A stretch of DNA of 64,000 nucleotides from contig OX597827.1 in assembly GCA_951406725.2 (NCBI GenBank), positions 53,940,001 to 54,004,000 of the forward strand. Direction: 5' to 3'. The notes beneath the pieces were generated by a model, which worked only from the letters and a program-made list of their open reading frames with translations, was not told the origin of the DNA and searched no databases. This DNA is from Octopus vulgaris. Lineage: Eukaryota. Below, piece after piece: positions 1 through 13,179 of the stretch. The stretch's first letter is position 1, and each line of letters opens with the position of its first letter. The translations under genes were made by a program, and so were the position numbers.

Positions 1-349
1 ACACACACACATATATATATGTATGTATACATATACACACATATATATGTATACTTATAAATACATACATACATACATACATATATATATATTTATAGAT
101 GTGTATGTAAGTAAAATTACATATTACATTAGTAATGAAACAATTTGTTCAGGGTCAATCTATCTATTCGTTATATTTCACTTTCCTTCCGTTAAATGTA
201 TGTTACTTCTAGTTGGAAACATCTTTTTTCTGTGGCTATACTATCGGGGCTATTTTTAGCACTAGAGTTATCCACATAGTGGTTAACTCTCTAATAATTT
301 ATATATATATATATATATATATACATATATGTACACATATATATATATA

Positions 350-624
350 TGCGTGATCATTACCAGCATCGCCTTACTGGCACCTGTGCCGGTGGCATGT
401 GTAAAAGATTCAAGCAAGGTCGTTGCCAGTACTGCCTGACTGGCACATAAAAGCACCCACTACACTCTCGGAGTGGTTGGCGTTAGGAAAGGCATCCAGC
501 TGTTGAAAATCTGCCAGATCAAGATTGAAGCCTGGTGCAGCCATCTGGTTCACCAGCCTTCTGTCAAATCGTCCAACCCATGCTAGCATGGAAAGCAGAT
601 GTTAAACGATGACAATGATGATGA

Positions 625-627
<3 letters not shown>
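350..627 (+). mobile_element. 3' UTR fragment of RTE-type LINE with (GAT)n tail
   Basis: Ends CCAACCCATGCTAGCATGGAAAGCAGATGTTAAACGATGA..(GAT)n. The same family at 51870-52510 is attached to an RTE ORF C-terminus. Confidence 0.7.
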
Positions 628-679
<52 letters not shown>

Positions 680-767
680 CATACATTTATATACATATGT
701 ATATATATATACATATTTATATATATGTATATAAATATACACACATAAATAAATATACATAAACATG

Positions 768-828
<61 letters not shown>

Positions 829-937
829 TCACATACATATATTACATGTATATATATATACATATACATATATTACATGTATACAAATATACATGTGTGC
901 ATATATATATATATACACACACACAAACACACATATA

Positions 938-2146
938 TTGGGTCTTCCCATAAATAATGCAGTCTCTTCAATTACATGAACTAAAAGTTGGATGAGGGAC
1001 AAGATAAACTACTTGCATCAACTTGCTATTAAAGCAGGTAGTAATTTTACCTTGTACTTATTCTTAGTGCAATTTTTGAAGAGTGTGGTTAACACTTATT
1101 TTTTCAAAGCTATAATAGAAAAAACAAATGAGCATATTTTGCATTATGAGTTCAATAAAGGAATATTAATGCAGTGTATGGGGAGTGGACAATAAGCATA
1201 AGCCAGTGTTAGCATTGGGTCCAAAAATACTGAGCCAGAAACTACAGCCTAGAAAATGAGCCTCATCCTGGAAGACCTGTAGAGCTCAGTGATGATGTTC
1301 TACAAACTCTGGTGGAACAAAATCCCATTGTAACTGTTGAGGAACTAGCAGAGAAACTTATAATTGCTCATTCAACCATTCATTGACACCTGCATGCCAT
1401 CAGAAAAGTTAGAAAATTGGGTCAATGGGTTCTTCACAAACTTTCCGAATCTAATTGCATGCAGAGAGTGAATGTGTGCTCTTCTTTGTTGTCACATCTC
1501 AAGAATGAACCTTTGTTGGACTGAATAGTGACTGGTGAGGAGAAATGGGTTCTCTATAAAAAAAGTCAAGAGCCAAAGACAGTCGGTGGGAAGAAACACT
1601 GGTACACCAGGCTAAAGAAAGTTTTACCCATGTAAGGTATTGTTATCTGTTTGGTGGGATATGAAAGGTTTAGTCCACTTTGAACTTTTAAACCCCAACC
1701 AAACATTAACAAAGGATGTGTACTGCAAGCAGCTTGAATGGCTTAAGTCAGTGCTAGAAGAAAAATGACCATATTTGGTTTCAAGACGAAAGGTTTTCTT
1801 CTATCAGGATAATGCTTGGCCACATAAAGCAAGGATGACATTCCAAAGGCTGGCTCAGTTTGAATGGGGAAACTATGGTATTACCCCATCTGATTACCAT
1901 TTATTCTGCAGTCTTCAAAATCATTTGGATGGGAAAAATATGAATTCTGTAACTGAGGTCAGAATGGTGCTAGAGAAGCATTTTTCACCACAGACAAGTG
2001 GGTTTTGGAAGAAGGGCTTTGCAAGTCTACCAGACAGATGGCAGAGCATGGTAGAACATGAAGGAGATTGAAAAAGAACATCATTTATCTTAATTTAGAA
2101 AAATAAAAGATGTATAAAAAACTACTTTATTTATGGGATAACCCAA
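938..2146 (+). mobile_element. Degenerate full-length mariner (DD34D-type) transposon
   Basis: TIRs TTGGGTCTTCCCATAAATAA (938) and TTATTTATGGGATAACCCAA (ends 2146), TA at the left end. Broken transposase with IVTGEEKWVLY, QDNAWPH and ITPSDYHLF motifs. Confidence 0.9.
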
Positions 2147-2149
2147 GAC

Positions 2150-2258
<109 letters not shown>

Positions 2259-2329
2259 TATATATACATACATATAAAATGGATGTTAAACGATGATGAT
2301 GATGATGGTTTATTCTCTCAGTTTTACAT

Positions 2330-2580
2330 GTTTACACTTTTATTGCCTTCAAAGTGACCATACCTAAAGCGTGAAAACTACTCATAAAAACTTGCATTTT
2401 GCTCATGGTAGCATCTTTGTAGGCTGTTTGAAGCATAGCAACTGCCTCAGCCACCGTTTTCCTCAGCAGAAAACAGAATTTCATGGTAGCACACTGTTCC
2501 TTCATTTCAAACAGGGGAGAAGCACAGCAGAACAAAGACACACCATGTGGCAGTACAACTTCACCCGATGCCACTCCTCA
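2330..2580 (-). mobile_element. Mariner 5' fragment (N-terminal HTH region)
   Basis: [36 protein letters not shown] is homologous to the element at 39487-40349. Confidence 0.75.
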
Positions 2581-2631
2581 TAAATAATATATATATATAT
2601 ATATATACCTATACATACATACATACATACA

Positions 2632-2665
<34 letters not shown>

Positions 2666-2722
2666 AATATATATATATATTATATTTTATATATATTATA
2701 TATATAAATATATATGTATATA

Positions 2723-2783
<61 letters not shown>

Positions 2784-2787
<4 letters not shown>

Positions 2788-3004
2788 GGAGTGCTGAAAA
2801 GTCCCTGGCTTTGGGTAAGAGAAAATACAGGAGGATCAGTTAATTATGGTTTTATTCAACATATTCCCCTCCCAGATTCACACACTTATTGCAGTGGTCC
2901 TTCAGTTTTTTCTAGGCCCTGTAAAAGAACTTGGAAGGTTCGACCTCTAACCAGGCCTTTCATGATACCTTTAAAGCCAGGAACTTTTCAGCACCCCTAT
3001 CTCA
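2784..3004. mobile_element. Mariner-derived MITE (about 220 bp)
   Basis: TIRs TGAGGGAGTGCTGAAAAGTCCCTGGCTTT and AAAGCCAGGAACTTTTCAGCACCCCT(AT)CTCA, flanked by TA, non-coding interior. Confidence 0.8.
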
Positions 3005-3073
3005 TATATGTCAAAAAGATCAAAGGTCTTGTCTGAGCCTTATGCTCATAACACCAGTTTCCCCAGATTCTGT

Positions 3074-3108
<35 letters not shown>

Positions 3109-3813
3109 AGGCAGACAGACAGACAGTCACACACAAACACACACACATATACACAGTATGAGTATGTGACTCATGACTATGTATGTTGCTTGTCGCAACA
3201 CTGCCTGGTTAAAAAACTGTTGTGTCCAAATACTCATTCAATAAAATAAGTAGCAGACTGGAATTAGTAATAGGATCAATATGATTGACTTAATACCTTT
3301 GAAAGTAGTGACTCAGTATGACATCAGTCCATTAATTAAGGTTAGTAACAGCAAAAAGTATTTATATTCACACACACACACACACACACAGGGAAAAAGA
3401 GAGCTCTAGACCCTTAATGTAAATTCATGGTTATAAATAAAGCACAGTTGAGCTCTATTCCTCTTGTTTGTATAACTATATGCCTTTGGCAATACCCTAC
3501 CATTTATATTCTAATCCCCGTATGTTGAGGGTATGCCCTAGCACTTCACCACCATCTATCTCTCTCTTACTGTACTCTACCATCTCATTTATATTCTGAT
3601 CATTGTTCCTTGTGAGTATGACCTGGCACTTCACGACTATCTCTTTTGCACTCTCACTCTCTTCCACCTCTCTCTCTCTTTCTCTTTGGTCAGCTGAAGG
3701 CTAAAGTAGAACGCATTTGTCCAAGGTGCTGGGACTGCTCCTGAAATCATGGTTGGAAAGTAAACTCCTTAATCACTCACACACACACACACATGCATGC
3801 ACACACACACATG

Positions 3814-3858
<45 letters not shown>

Positions 3859-4439
3859 ATACACATGCACACACAAACACATACACACATGCATACGTGC
3901 AAAAGTGAGACACATACACACAAAAGTACATTTCTGTGGAGAAGGGTTAAAGAGAAAAAAGAACACATGAGTTTCTTAGGAACCTCACCATTCTTAATGG
4001 CCACTAACAAGACAGGTCGATGTAAATGCTTCATAGTTGATATTGGGGCAGAGTCTTAGACACAAATATGTATGCAGACAAAAATTGTGTAAGCCATAGT
4101 TAGGTATATGAAGAAGCAGAAGACATACTAAACAGGAGAGAAATAATTTGAGAACATTTAATCAGCACTTAAAAATAATAGAGTAAAACTGTACAATTTT
4201 CAATAGACAACAACAGATTTGAGTTCTATTTCTAATAACAAGAAAAACAGAGAACTTAGTTATCATTTGTAAGCAGTTCTCATGTGAAAAAACGAGGATT
4301 AGGAAGGTAGACATTAAATATTCATAAAATATTTACAGTGCTTTAAGGAACTGCCAAAAAATGATAGATGAATTTGAATGAACTTTCAGATATAATATTG
4401 TAGTAGAATATTTAACTTGCAGGCAGAATCACCATTATT

Positions 4440-4855
4440 GTCATCGCTGTTTAACATCCGTTTTCCATGCTGGCAATGGTTGGACAGTTTGACAGGAGCT
4501 GGCCAGTGGGAAAGCTGTCCAGGCTCCAATTGTTTCTTTTACATGATTTCTACAGCTGGATGCCCTTCCTAAATGCCAACCATTTTGCAGAGTGTGCTGG
4601 GTGCTCTTCCCATTCCACCAGCACAGGTGCATTTATGTGGCACTGCACCTGCAAGACAAAGACCCTTCAGCTGGTTGAGAGAGTGGGAGCATAGCCATAA
4701 AGGACATGCCTGTATGGATGGCCACAATTTTACTTAGCTTGATGCATCTTTTTATGTACAGCAGATCACCATAAGTCAGAAGATTCTTTCTCACCACTCT
4801 GTCCTACATCTTCCTGGATCAACCCCTTCCACAGGTTCTCTCCACAATTAGAGAC
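4440..4855 (-). mobile_element. RTE-type LINE 3' fragment
   Basis: Family 3' end at 4440; decayed GRGRPRKTW-like segment at about 4800-4850. Confidence 0.65.
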
Positions 4856-4999
4856 TGAGTAGAAATTATGATAAATTAGTTTAAATGTGTTAAATGGAAT
4901 TAAGAAGAGTGTAATACATATAACAGATGATACAAAGTCTGATGGAACTTTAAAAAATACTTAGTTACAATTAAGTAATTAAGAATTCAATTAATAACA

Positions 5000-6150
5000 A
5001 ACAATTGAATGTATATGATTCATGCTAATAAAAACCAAAATTAGTTTTGCGGTGTTGCCTTTGCTAATAACATTTCAAAGAAAGTCTATTTTCAGAATCC
5101 AACATTATGAAGAATGTTTTCACAGACGCATGATCAGCATGGTCCATGTCCTCCAAAATATGGTTTAGCAAATTCAATCATTGACCACAAAATCTTAAAA
5201 CATGTAGTATCTGTATTTTTCAGTCCACGGACATGCTGTGGAAGATAAGCTGTGGTCTTTTCTCTGGATTCCTAAAGAAAATATGTGTTGTATGTAACTG
5301 CTCTTAATTAAATGTGAAATTTGTTAAGCCTTCATAAGAACATTTACTGTTGTATGCTTACTTCACATTAGTGCAATGTAACAGTTCCTTTTCAGTGCAT
5401 TTGCTGTAAAGTGGACATGGGTTGATGTTAGCACAACAGCATTGTGGTTGATAGTTGAAAGTTTGTTCTTGTAATTTCTTCCACTAATGTCAGAAACTAA
5501 ATTCATAAAGTTGTACTGACTTTCGGAGAGTTCTTGTTAAAGAGGTTGTGGTTTCTGTTGCCAACTAGAATGTATGTTCATACAAAGTTTAACCCTTTAG
5601 CATTTAAACCAGCCATGTTCAGCCCAAATATTCTGCCTGCTTTATGTTTGAACTGACCAGATCCAGCCTCTCACACCCTTTAATGTATTCTAAAACTAAA
5701 CAATCACATCATCAAACTCTGGAAGCAAAGAGGTAATGCGTGATTAATTCAAAACAATGTCAATGAATAAGCATTACATTTGACAGCAGAGTAGTCTTAA
5801 TAATATTAAAGGGTTAACAAAGTTCAGTTACTGACTGCTTCACTGAGGTTAAATAAAAAAATTAAATCAGTTTATGTTACACTTGTATAATTCTAATGGA
5901 TTTGCAAGGTATTATGATGTGGGATATATTGTATTTTTTTATGGAAAGCATTCTCTTGTTAAACATTAGTACTGTTAGAAACTTCTTCATCTGATGGAAC
6001 ATTAGAATGGTGACAGCTAATGTTCTTAAATTCTTCAAGAACAATTGAAGGATAATTGGAGGACTTGCTAATATGTACCAATTTTTCATTTGTTTTCTTC
6101 TAAGAGAACCATTGATTTGTGCTCAAATCTAATAAGATATCTAAAATGTT
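5000..6150 (-). mobile_element. Old degraded Penelope-like element (RT thumb to GIY-YIG)
   Basis: Manual minus-strand translation gives KKTNEKLVHISKSSNYPSIVLEEFKNIS (aligns to [20 protein letters not shown]), HNLFNKNSPKVS, CCCANINPCPLYSKC and YEGLTNFTF (aligns to YIGMTSNSF). Confidence 0.7.
5589..5817. mobile_element. TTAA-flanked piggyBac-type MITE, family A
   Basis: TTAA-CCCTTTAG ... TTAAAGGG-TTAA; inverted sister copy at 53354-53567; interrupts the Penelope fossil. Confidence 0.8.
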
Positions 6151-6859
6151 TTTTTCCATTATCTATTCTGATGTTGGTACTAGAGATAATTTTTAAGCTA
6201 AACACTTTAACATGCATTAAATTTATATTTCCTTTAGCCTGTCAAGCTAATTGATCATTTATATGATGCCAAATGAACAGACCATCATTTCTATAATGGC
6301 CAAAATTTGTGAGGTGTACTTTCATCCAAAGAGAGTCTAATATATATAATCCTGTTTGCCCACAATTTCCATCACACAAACCCACAGGCCATATGAAGTA
6401 GCTCTCAGCTATTATGTTAGAAATAATACAAAAAAATTTCTGGCATGCATGATAACACTAATTTCACTAATGAGGGTGGAGGGTGAAATTCTTGGCAAAT
6501 TCCAAAACATTAAGGTTATATCAGACTGGACAAATTTGCAGTTATATTTATTGCCTACTTGGTTAAACCAGTTGATTATAGACAAGTTATTTTCCACAAG
6601 ACAAATTCATGACTCAACTAATTTTTATAATTACCGCATCTAAAATATATTTACTGATTGCATCTAGTTCACTCATTATTGGGATAATGAACCTGTACTT
6701 GGGAATCAACTAAAATATTCTTCAGGTCTTTAAATGTAATTTGGAGTTTAAGTGAAACTAACCATTCAGTTGTATTCTATACTTTAAGTTTGATGGTAAT
6801 GTTTTGATTCCACTATTAATCTTATGGTGAGAACTAGAGAACTAATATATATATATATC

Positions 6860-7338
6860 GAAATCGAAATTGAAATCAAATTCAATGACTGGCATCCGTG
6901 CTAGTGGAGCGTTAAGAGTACCATACAAGTGAGATTGTTGCCAGAGCAACAAGCTGGCTGCCGTGCTGATGGCATATTAAAAACACCATTCAAGCATGAT
7001 CATTACCTGGTCACCTTACTAGCACTTGTGCTGGTGGCACATAAAAAAACATTTGAGCGAGGTCATTGCCAGTGCCACTGGACTGGCTCCTGTGCAGGTG
7101 GCACATAAAAAGCACCATTTGAGTACCATTGCCAATACTGCCTGACTGGCCCTCATGCTGGTGGCATGTAAAAGCACACACGACACTCTCAGAGTGGTTG
7201 GTGTTAGGAAGGGCATCCAGCTGTAGAAACTCTGCCAGATCAGATTGGAGTCTGGTGCAGCCATCTGGTTTGCCAGACCTCAGTCAAATCGTCCAACCCA
7301 TGCTAGCATGGAAAGCAGATGTTAAACGATGATGATGA

Positions 7339-7341
<3 letters not shown>
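6860..7341 (+). mobile_element. RTE-type LINE 3' UTR fragment with internal repeats and (GAT)n tail
   Basis: Repeated GGTGGCACATAAAAAGCACC subunits followed by the family 3' end. Confidence 0.7.
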
Positions 7342-7395
<54 letters not shown>

Positions 7396-7748
7396 AGTAG
7401 GTGAATGAATTATTCTATGTTTATCGTCAGCAAGGAAAATTTGTTTAACCGAAACCTGGGTTTTGTTAACATCTTCGTTCGACTCCATTCTTTCATTTAT
7501 TCTTATATATATATATATATTTATTTATTTATATTTATACTTATTAATCTGAGCAGAGGCAATGTGAGCAGTAACTAAAGGAACATTACTAAAATCCACA
7601 GAAAGATCAAACACATACATATATTCATATATTTATTTATATCTACAGGACAGATATAAAGTCCGACGTTTAAAAATATAATAATATATAGATAAATAAA
7701 CATCATATAAAATATATAAATATTCCCGGCCGATGCACAAATTTTTGT

Positions 7749-7985
7749 GGAGGCGCAATGGCCCAGTGGTTAGGGCAGCGGACTTGCGGTCGGAGGATCG
7801 CGGTTTCGATTCCCAGACCGGGCGTTGTGTGTGTTTATTGAGCGAAAACACCTAAAAGCTCCACGAGGCTCCGGCAGGGGATGGTGGTGATCCCTGCTGT
7901 ACTCTTTCACCACTCTAAAGGCGGTGCTCCAGCATGGCCGCAGTCAAATGACTGAAACAAGTACAAAAAAAAAAAAAAAAAAATA
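7749..7985 (+). mobile_element. tRNA-derived SINE (tRNA-like head joined to the common SINE tail)
   Basis: A box TGGCCCAGTGG, B box GGTTTCGATTCCC; tail GGCGGTGCTCCAGCATGGCCGCAGTCAAATGACTGAAACAAG plus poly(A). Confidence 0.8.
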
Positions 7986-8050
7986 TAAATTACACAGCTG
8001 GTATTTAATTGTACATTTGTTTCCCTGTATTCTGTATTGTGTGTAAAAAA

Positions 8051-8133
8051 CATCCTGATGAGGGGAGTGCCAATTTCGAATATATGAAATGTTTCATATT
8101 AATTGGTGCGTTCTCCGAAACGGCCCGTAGATG
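8051..8133 (+). ncRNA. Type I hammerhead ribozyme
   Basis: CATC-CUGAUGA-[long stem II GGGGAGUGCCAAUU..AAUUGGUGCGUUCUCC]-GAAA-CGGCCCG-UA-GAUG: intact core, stem I CAUC/GAUG, GUA cleavage triplet. Confidence 0.8.
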
Positions 8134-8654
8134 AACAATTTTGTAATTTTGTAATTTTGTATATTTATTTTTTCTGTATTTTTTCTGGAATTTTAATATG
8201 CCATTTTAATATGTCCTTGTATGTTTTATTATTCCCAATTTTTAGTTTAACAAATAATTTACCAAATGTTTTATGATTTTAAGCGTAAATTCAATGTTTT
8301 GTATGCAACACCTAAATGGCAGTGCCCCAGCATGGCCACAGCTCATGAGCTGAAACTAGATAAAATAAAAAAAAACCCACTGATTCTTATATATTTATAT
8401 ATTTTATATGATGTTTATTTATCTATATATTATTATATTTTTAAACGTCGGACTTTATATCTGTTTTGTAGATATAAATGAATATATGAATATATGTATA
8501 TGTTTGATCTTTCTGTGGATTTTAGTAATGTTCCTTTGGTTACTGCTCGCATTGCCTCCGCTCAGATTAATAAGTGGAATATAGCTCATTTGGAGCACTA
8601 CAATTCCAGTCTATTTTATATTTTGAGTATTATTTGCAATCTCAAGATATAACT

Positions 8655-8875
8655 CTTTACTCTTACTCTTTTACTTGTTTCAGTCATTTGACTGCAGCCA
8701 TGCTGGAGCACTTTAATTGAGCAACTCGACCCCGGGACTTATTCTTTTGTAAGCCCAGTACTTATTCTATCGGACTCTTTTGTCGAACTGCTAAGTAACG
8801 GGGACATAAACACACCAGCATTGGTTGTCAAGCAATGCTAGGGGGACAAACACAGATACACAAACACACACACGC
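8655..8875 (-). mobile_element. SINE 3' half (bipartite family S1)
   Basis: Reverse complement of the tail seen at 16620-16830. Confidence 0.75.
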
Positions 8876-10473
8876 ATATATATATATATACATATTTTAT
8901 TTATATATATATAAAGGTAAGATCCAAGGATCAAGGTGTTAGTCATTAGTAAACTTCAAGCAGTCTGTAGAAGGAATAAAAAAACAACTTTCAGGTACAA
9001 TAGTGGTTTATTGGTATAGAAGGATATAAATTTTTCCCATATTGAAGTTTGATAAGCTGAAAAAATTGTTTGATAGCTTACAGTTAGCAGCTGGGGTTGC
9101 CATGTATGTGAATAAAAATTTAATTTCCTGAGGCAACACAGGATCCCTTGACAACGATGTAAACTTCATCTGATTAAAGTATCTTTGGCCTGACTAGCAG
9201 CTTCTGGATTACCCTTCATTTGGGCTATTACTACTTCTGAGGTGCTACTAGCTATTAAACATATGTAGCCTGTTTTTTATCAACTCCATTCCTAAATTTT
9301 GGATATATATATATATATCTTCAAAATAATAAGTACTGAGTTTGATCCATTCAACTAAAACCTTTGAAGGCAATGCCCTAGAATGGTCACAGTGAAACAA
9401 CTGAAACAAGTAAAAGATAAAAGATAAAGATATATGCATGTGGGAATGAGGTGAACCAGAAGTATGGGGTCAGTGATGTCAATGGCTGAGGGGCCCCACT
9501 GGAAGGCCAGCAGTGAGGGAGGCCCCATGAGTGGAAGTAGAACCAGCATGGGCCTCTTTGCTTCAGGGTGTTCATGGTATATGGACATGTGTGAATGTAT
9601 CATCTAGAGGGAATTTGTTGTTAGGTCTGGCCAGAGATTAGGCAGGTAGGATGCTTTTGGATGCAATGCATCTGGAAAGTCGACACTGCAAGAGAATCTG
9701 AGCAGTAGATGAATTACTCTTCAACCCTCATAATACAGTGCACATATATGTGTGTGAATGTGTGTATGTATTTTGCTAATTTTGTCATATGAAAACATAC
9801 AAGCACTCAATATAACTTCATGTGAGAAAGGTCTGGACTGTAATATGCATTTATTCTTGCATTTTGTAAACAGAGATTAAACTTCTAAACCATTATTTCA
9901 TTTTCACTCACTCAGACTTTTAGTCAACTGTACACACCAACAGATTAAGAATAAAATTTATTGTTAACTGTATAAATTACAGTCTTTGTATTTTATAATG
10001 ACTACATTATTATTGAAGTCAGCTGTCATTTATCATGCTTCTGATGGATCTTTTATTATTCATGAGAAAGAATTTGGGTGTGTGTCGGCAGATAGGTGTT
10101 GATATATTGAATGATGTATGCAAAAATTTTCATTGAATTAAAAAAGTCCTCTTTATTAGAGAAAGAAACAAAAGCCTAGTATCAAGCATGAGTGACTCAC
10201 AAAGAAAAGGAGAGATAATTTCTAAAGTCTTTTATTTCAAATATAGTTTTCAATATAAGCACAAGGACGAATATGGGGTGGGGATAAGTAGATTACATCA
10301 CCCGAGTGCTTGACTGGTACATTATTTTTGATTCTGAAAGGATGAAAGGCAAAGTTAACCTCAGCAGGACTTAAACTCAAAATATAATGAGCTGGAAGAA
10401 ATTCTTTTAAGCATTATCAATTCTCTTCCTTAAAAGAAAATTTGATCAAATAATAATTAAGTTTTAAAGAGTT

Positions 10474-11231
10474 CATCATCATCAACATCATCATCGTTTA
10501 ACATCCGTTTTCCATGCTAGCATGGGTTGGACGGTTCGACCGGTCTGGGAAGCCAGAAGGCTGCACCAGGCTCCAGTCTGATCTGGCAGTGTTTCTACAG
10601 CTGGATGCCCTTCCTAACGCCAACCACTCCGTGAGTGTAGTGGGTGCTTTTTCCATGCCATCGGCATAGGTGCCAGGCGAGGCCAACGACCACTATCAGT
10701 TGGTGCTTTTTATGTGCCACCGGCACGGAAGCCAGTCAAGGTAGCGCTGGCATCGGCCATGTTCAGATGGTGCTTCTTACATGCTACCGGCACAGGGATC
10801 ACAACTACAATTTCCATTGATTTTTGATGTTGATGTACTTGACTCAATAGGTCTCCTCAAGCACAGGGTTGAAATGGTGTTTCTTTACTTGCCACCAGCA
10901 CAGGGGTCAGTCCAGCAGCACTGGCATTGCCCAAGTGCCAGTCATAGGATTTGGTTCAATTTCGATTTCAATTTCACTTGCCCTGACAGATCTTTGCAAG
11001 CAGAGTTTAGTGTCCAATGAAGGGAGGTTGGCATGGGTGCCAGTCGTCAGATGTGGCTTGATTTCGAATTCAATTTCGATTTCACTTGCCTCAACAGGTC
11101 TTCGCAAGAAGAGTTTTGTGTCCAAAGAAGGAAAGGTATGCATAAGTGGGCTGGCCACATCCCTGACAAAGGCCACGGGTTATGGGCTCACTTGCCCTGC
11201 CAGGTCTTCTCACACACAGCATATTTCCAAA
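10474..11231 (-). mobile_element. RTE-type LINE long 3' UTR
   Basis: (CAT)n start on the plus strand, family 3' end, internal about 120-bp subrepeats. Confidence 0.7.
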
Positions 11232-11420
11232 GGTCTCGGTCACTAGTCAAGGTCTCGGTCACTAGTCAAGGTATCGGTCACTAGTCAAGGTCTCGGTCAC
11301 TAGTCAAGGTATCAGTCACTACTCAGGTCTCGGTCACTAGTCAAGGTATCGGTCACTAGTCAGGTCTCGCTCACTAGTCAAGGTCTCGGCCACTAGTCAG
11401 GTCTTGGTCACTAGTCAAGG
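11232..11420. repeat. 19-bp minisatellite, about 10 copies
   Basis: Unit GGTCTCGGTCACTAGTCAA repeated head-to-tail with no spacers. Confidence 0.95.
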
Positions 11421-12154
11421 TCACAGTCAACCAAAGTGTAATTGTCAGATTAAAAAGATTTGTCTCCTTATTTGAAAATGCTCAACAAAATAGTTATCTA
11501 CTAAGCAAAGGTAATATCTCAGGTGTGTAGTATGAAAAAATAACCTCATGTTTGTATGAGTGAAAGCATCTTTAGATATTTTTGTCTCAGTCATAAATCT
11601 GGTATCAGGAATCAGGAAAAGAAGACTACTACATCCTTGTCTAGATGGGTATGACATGAAAAAAAAATTTTTAATTATAGAGAAATTTGACATTTGCTGA
11701 ATGCAAAATATCCTGCTCTAAATGAGCAGAATGTATAACAGGAAAAAAAAAATTATAATAACCAAATTAATATTCTAAACAAAACGATAGACATAATACT
11801 AAAATATTATCACCAAAACAAATTCTGTTGGGTAGGAGCACTGAATTGGAAACTGGTTATTGATTATAAACAAACAGAGCAACCAAACATTTACAAATGA
11901 CTCTCTCACTTCACTGAATATCATTTGGTGAACACCCTTCTGGTGAGAAATTTCAAGTAATGAAAAACAATTTAAGCAACAACACACACATATATATATA
12001 CAAACACATGCATGCACATGCACACAAATATCTGTTCTTTTTTCATTCCTCATCCACATGCACATATGTGTGCCTGTGTTTGTGTGTGTTTATATATGTG
12101 TGTAAAAATATGTATAATTTTTTTACCTCTTACACACACACACACATATATATA

Positions 12155-12763
12155 GGCATGGGTATGTGGTAAGAAGCTTGCTTCCCAACCACATGGTTCC
12201 AAGTTCAATCCCACTATGTGGTACCTTGGGCAAGAGTCTTCTACTCTAGCCTCAGGTAGACCAAAGCCTTGTGAGTGGGTTTGATAGATGGAAACTGAAA
12301 GAAGCCCATTGTAGTCAATGACCAGCTGGAAAAGATGTTTTCCTGGGATAAAAGGTAGTAATATGGTACTACATAGGACTGCCACCTTACATTGGCAAAT
12401 AGATTTTACTATGCAGTATAGTTACTACTTAGATCCCATTCAGAGATTCAAATCAAGCTGTTTTATTCATTATGAGATCAGTGACTGTCTGTCACTTCTA
12501 AGTTTATGTAATGTGAGGAGGGTTGAATAAGCTGCTGTCTCTGGCCGGCAGTTATTCAGCAACAAGGACAGGAAATTACCCAGAAACCATTGGTCTGATG
12601 GTACTGCTAGAGGCTAGGAGGGAGTAGTATGTTCCCTTGCTCACAGTATATTTCAGACATAGATCATGTTTCGGTAACCAGCTGGAAAAGATTTTTTCCT
12701 GGGGTTAAAAAGTAGGATCATGGTCCTATGCAGGACTGCCATCTTACATTGGCAAATAGCTTT

Positions 12764-12842
<79 letters not shown>

Positions 12843-13100
12843 TGTGTGAGTGTGTGTGTGTGAGTGTTTGTGTGTGTGTGTGTCTTTGTGCCTATGTTTG
12901 TCCCCCACCACTACTTGACAACTAGTGCTGGTTTGTTTACATCCCCATAACTTAGCAGTTCAGCAAAAAGAGACCAACAGAATAAGTACCAGGCTTTAAA
13001 AAAAATTAAATACTGGGGGTTGATTCATTTGACTAAAAGTTCTCCAAGGTGGTGCCTCAGTATGGTCACATCTAATGACTGAAACAGATAAAAGAAAAAC
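12155..13100 (+). mobile_element. Bipartite tRNA-derived SINE S1 with an about 450-bp insert in its middle
   Basis: Head 12155-12310, tail 12885-13100, insert bounded by about 90-bp direct repeats. Confidence 0.7.
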
Positions 13101-13179
13101 GTATGTATGTATGTATGTATGTATGTATGTATGTATGTATGTATGTATGTATGTATGTATGCATGTATGTATGTATGTA

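Larger units (their letters stand above)
7539..8575. repeat. 185-bp inverted repeat (7539-7723 / 8391-8575), probable Penelope pseudo-LTR remnant
   Basis: Arms are near-identical reverse complements (both give the ORF tail LYILYDVYLSIYYYIFKRRTLYL); a hammerhead lies between them. Confidence 0.8.

Noticed and set aside
7749-7825. tRNA gene (also 22125-22200 and 57482-57550)
   Set aside because: tRNA-like heads continue into dispersed SINE bodies with no proper acceptor stem or terminator.
11232-11420. CRISPR-like array
   Set aside because: Units are contiguous with no unique spacers, the context is eukaryotic and there are no cas genes.
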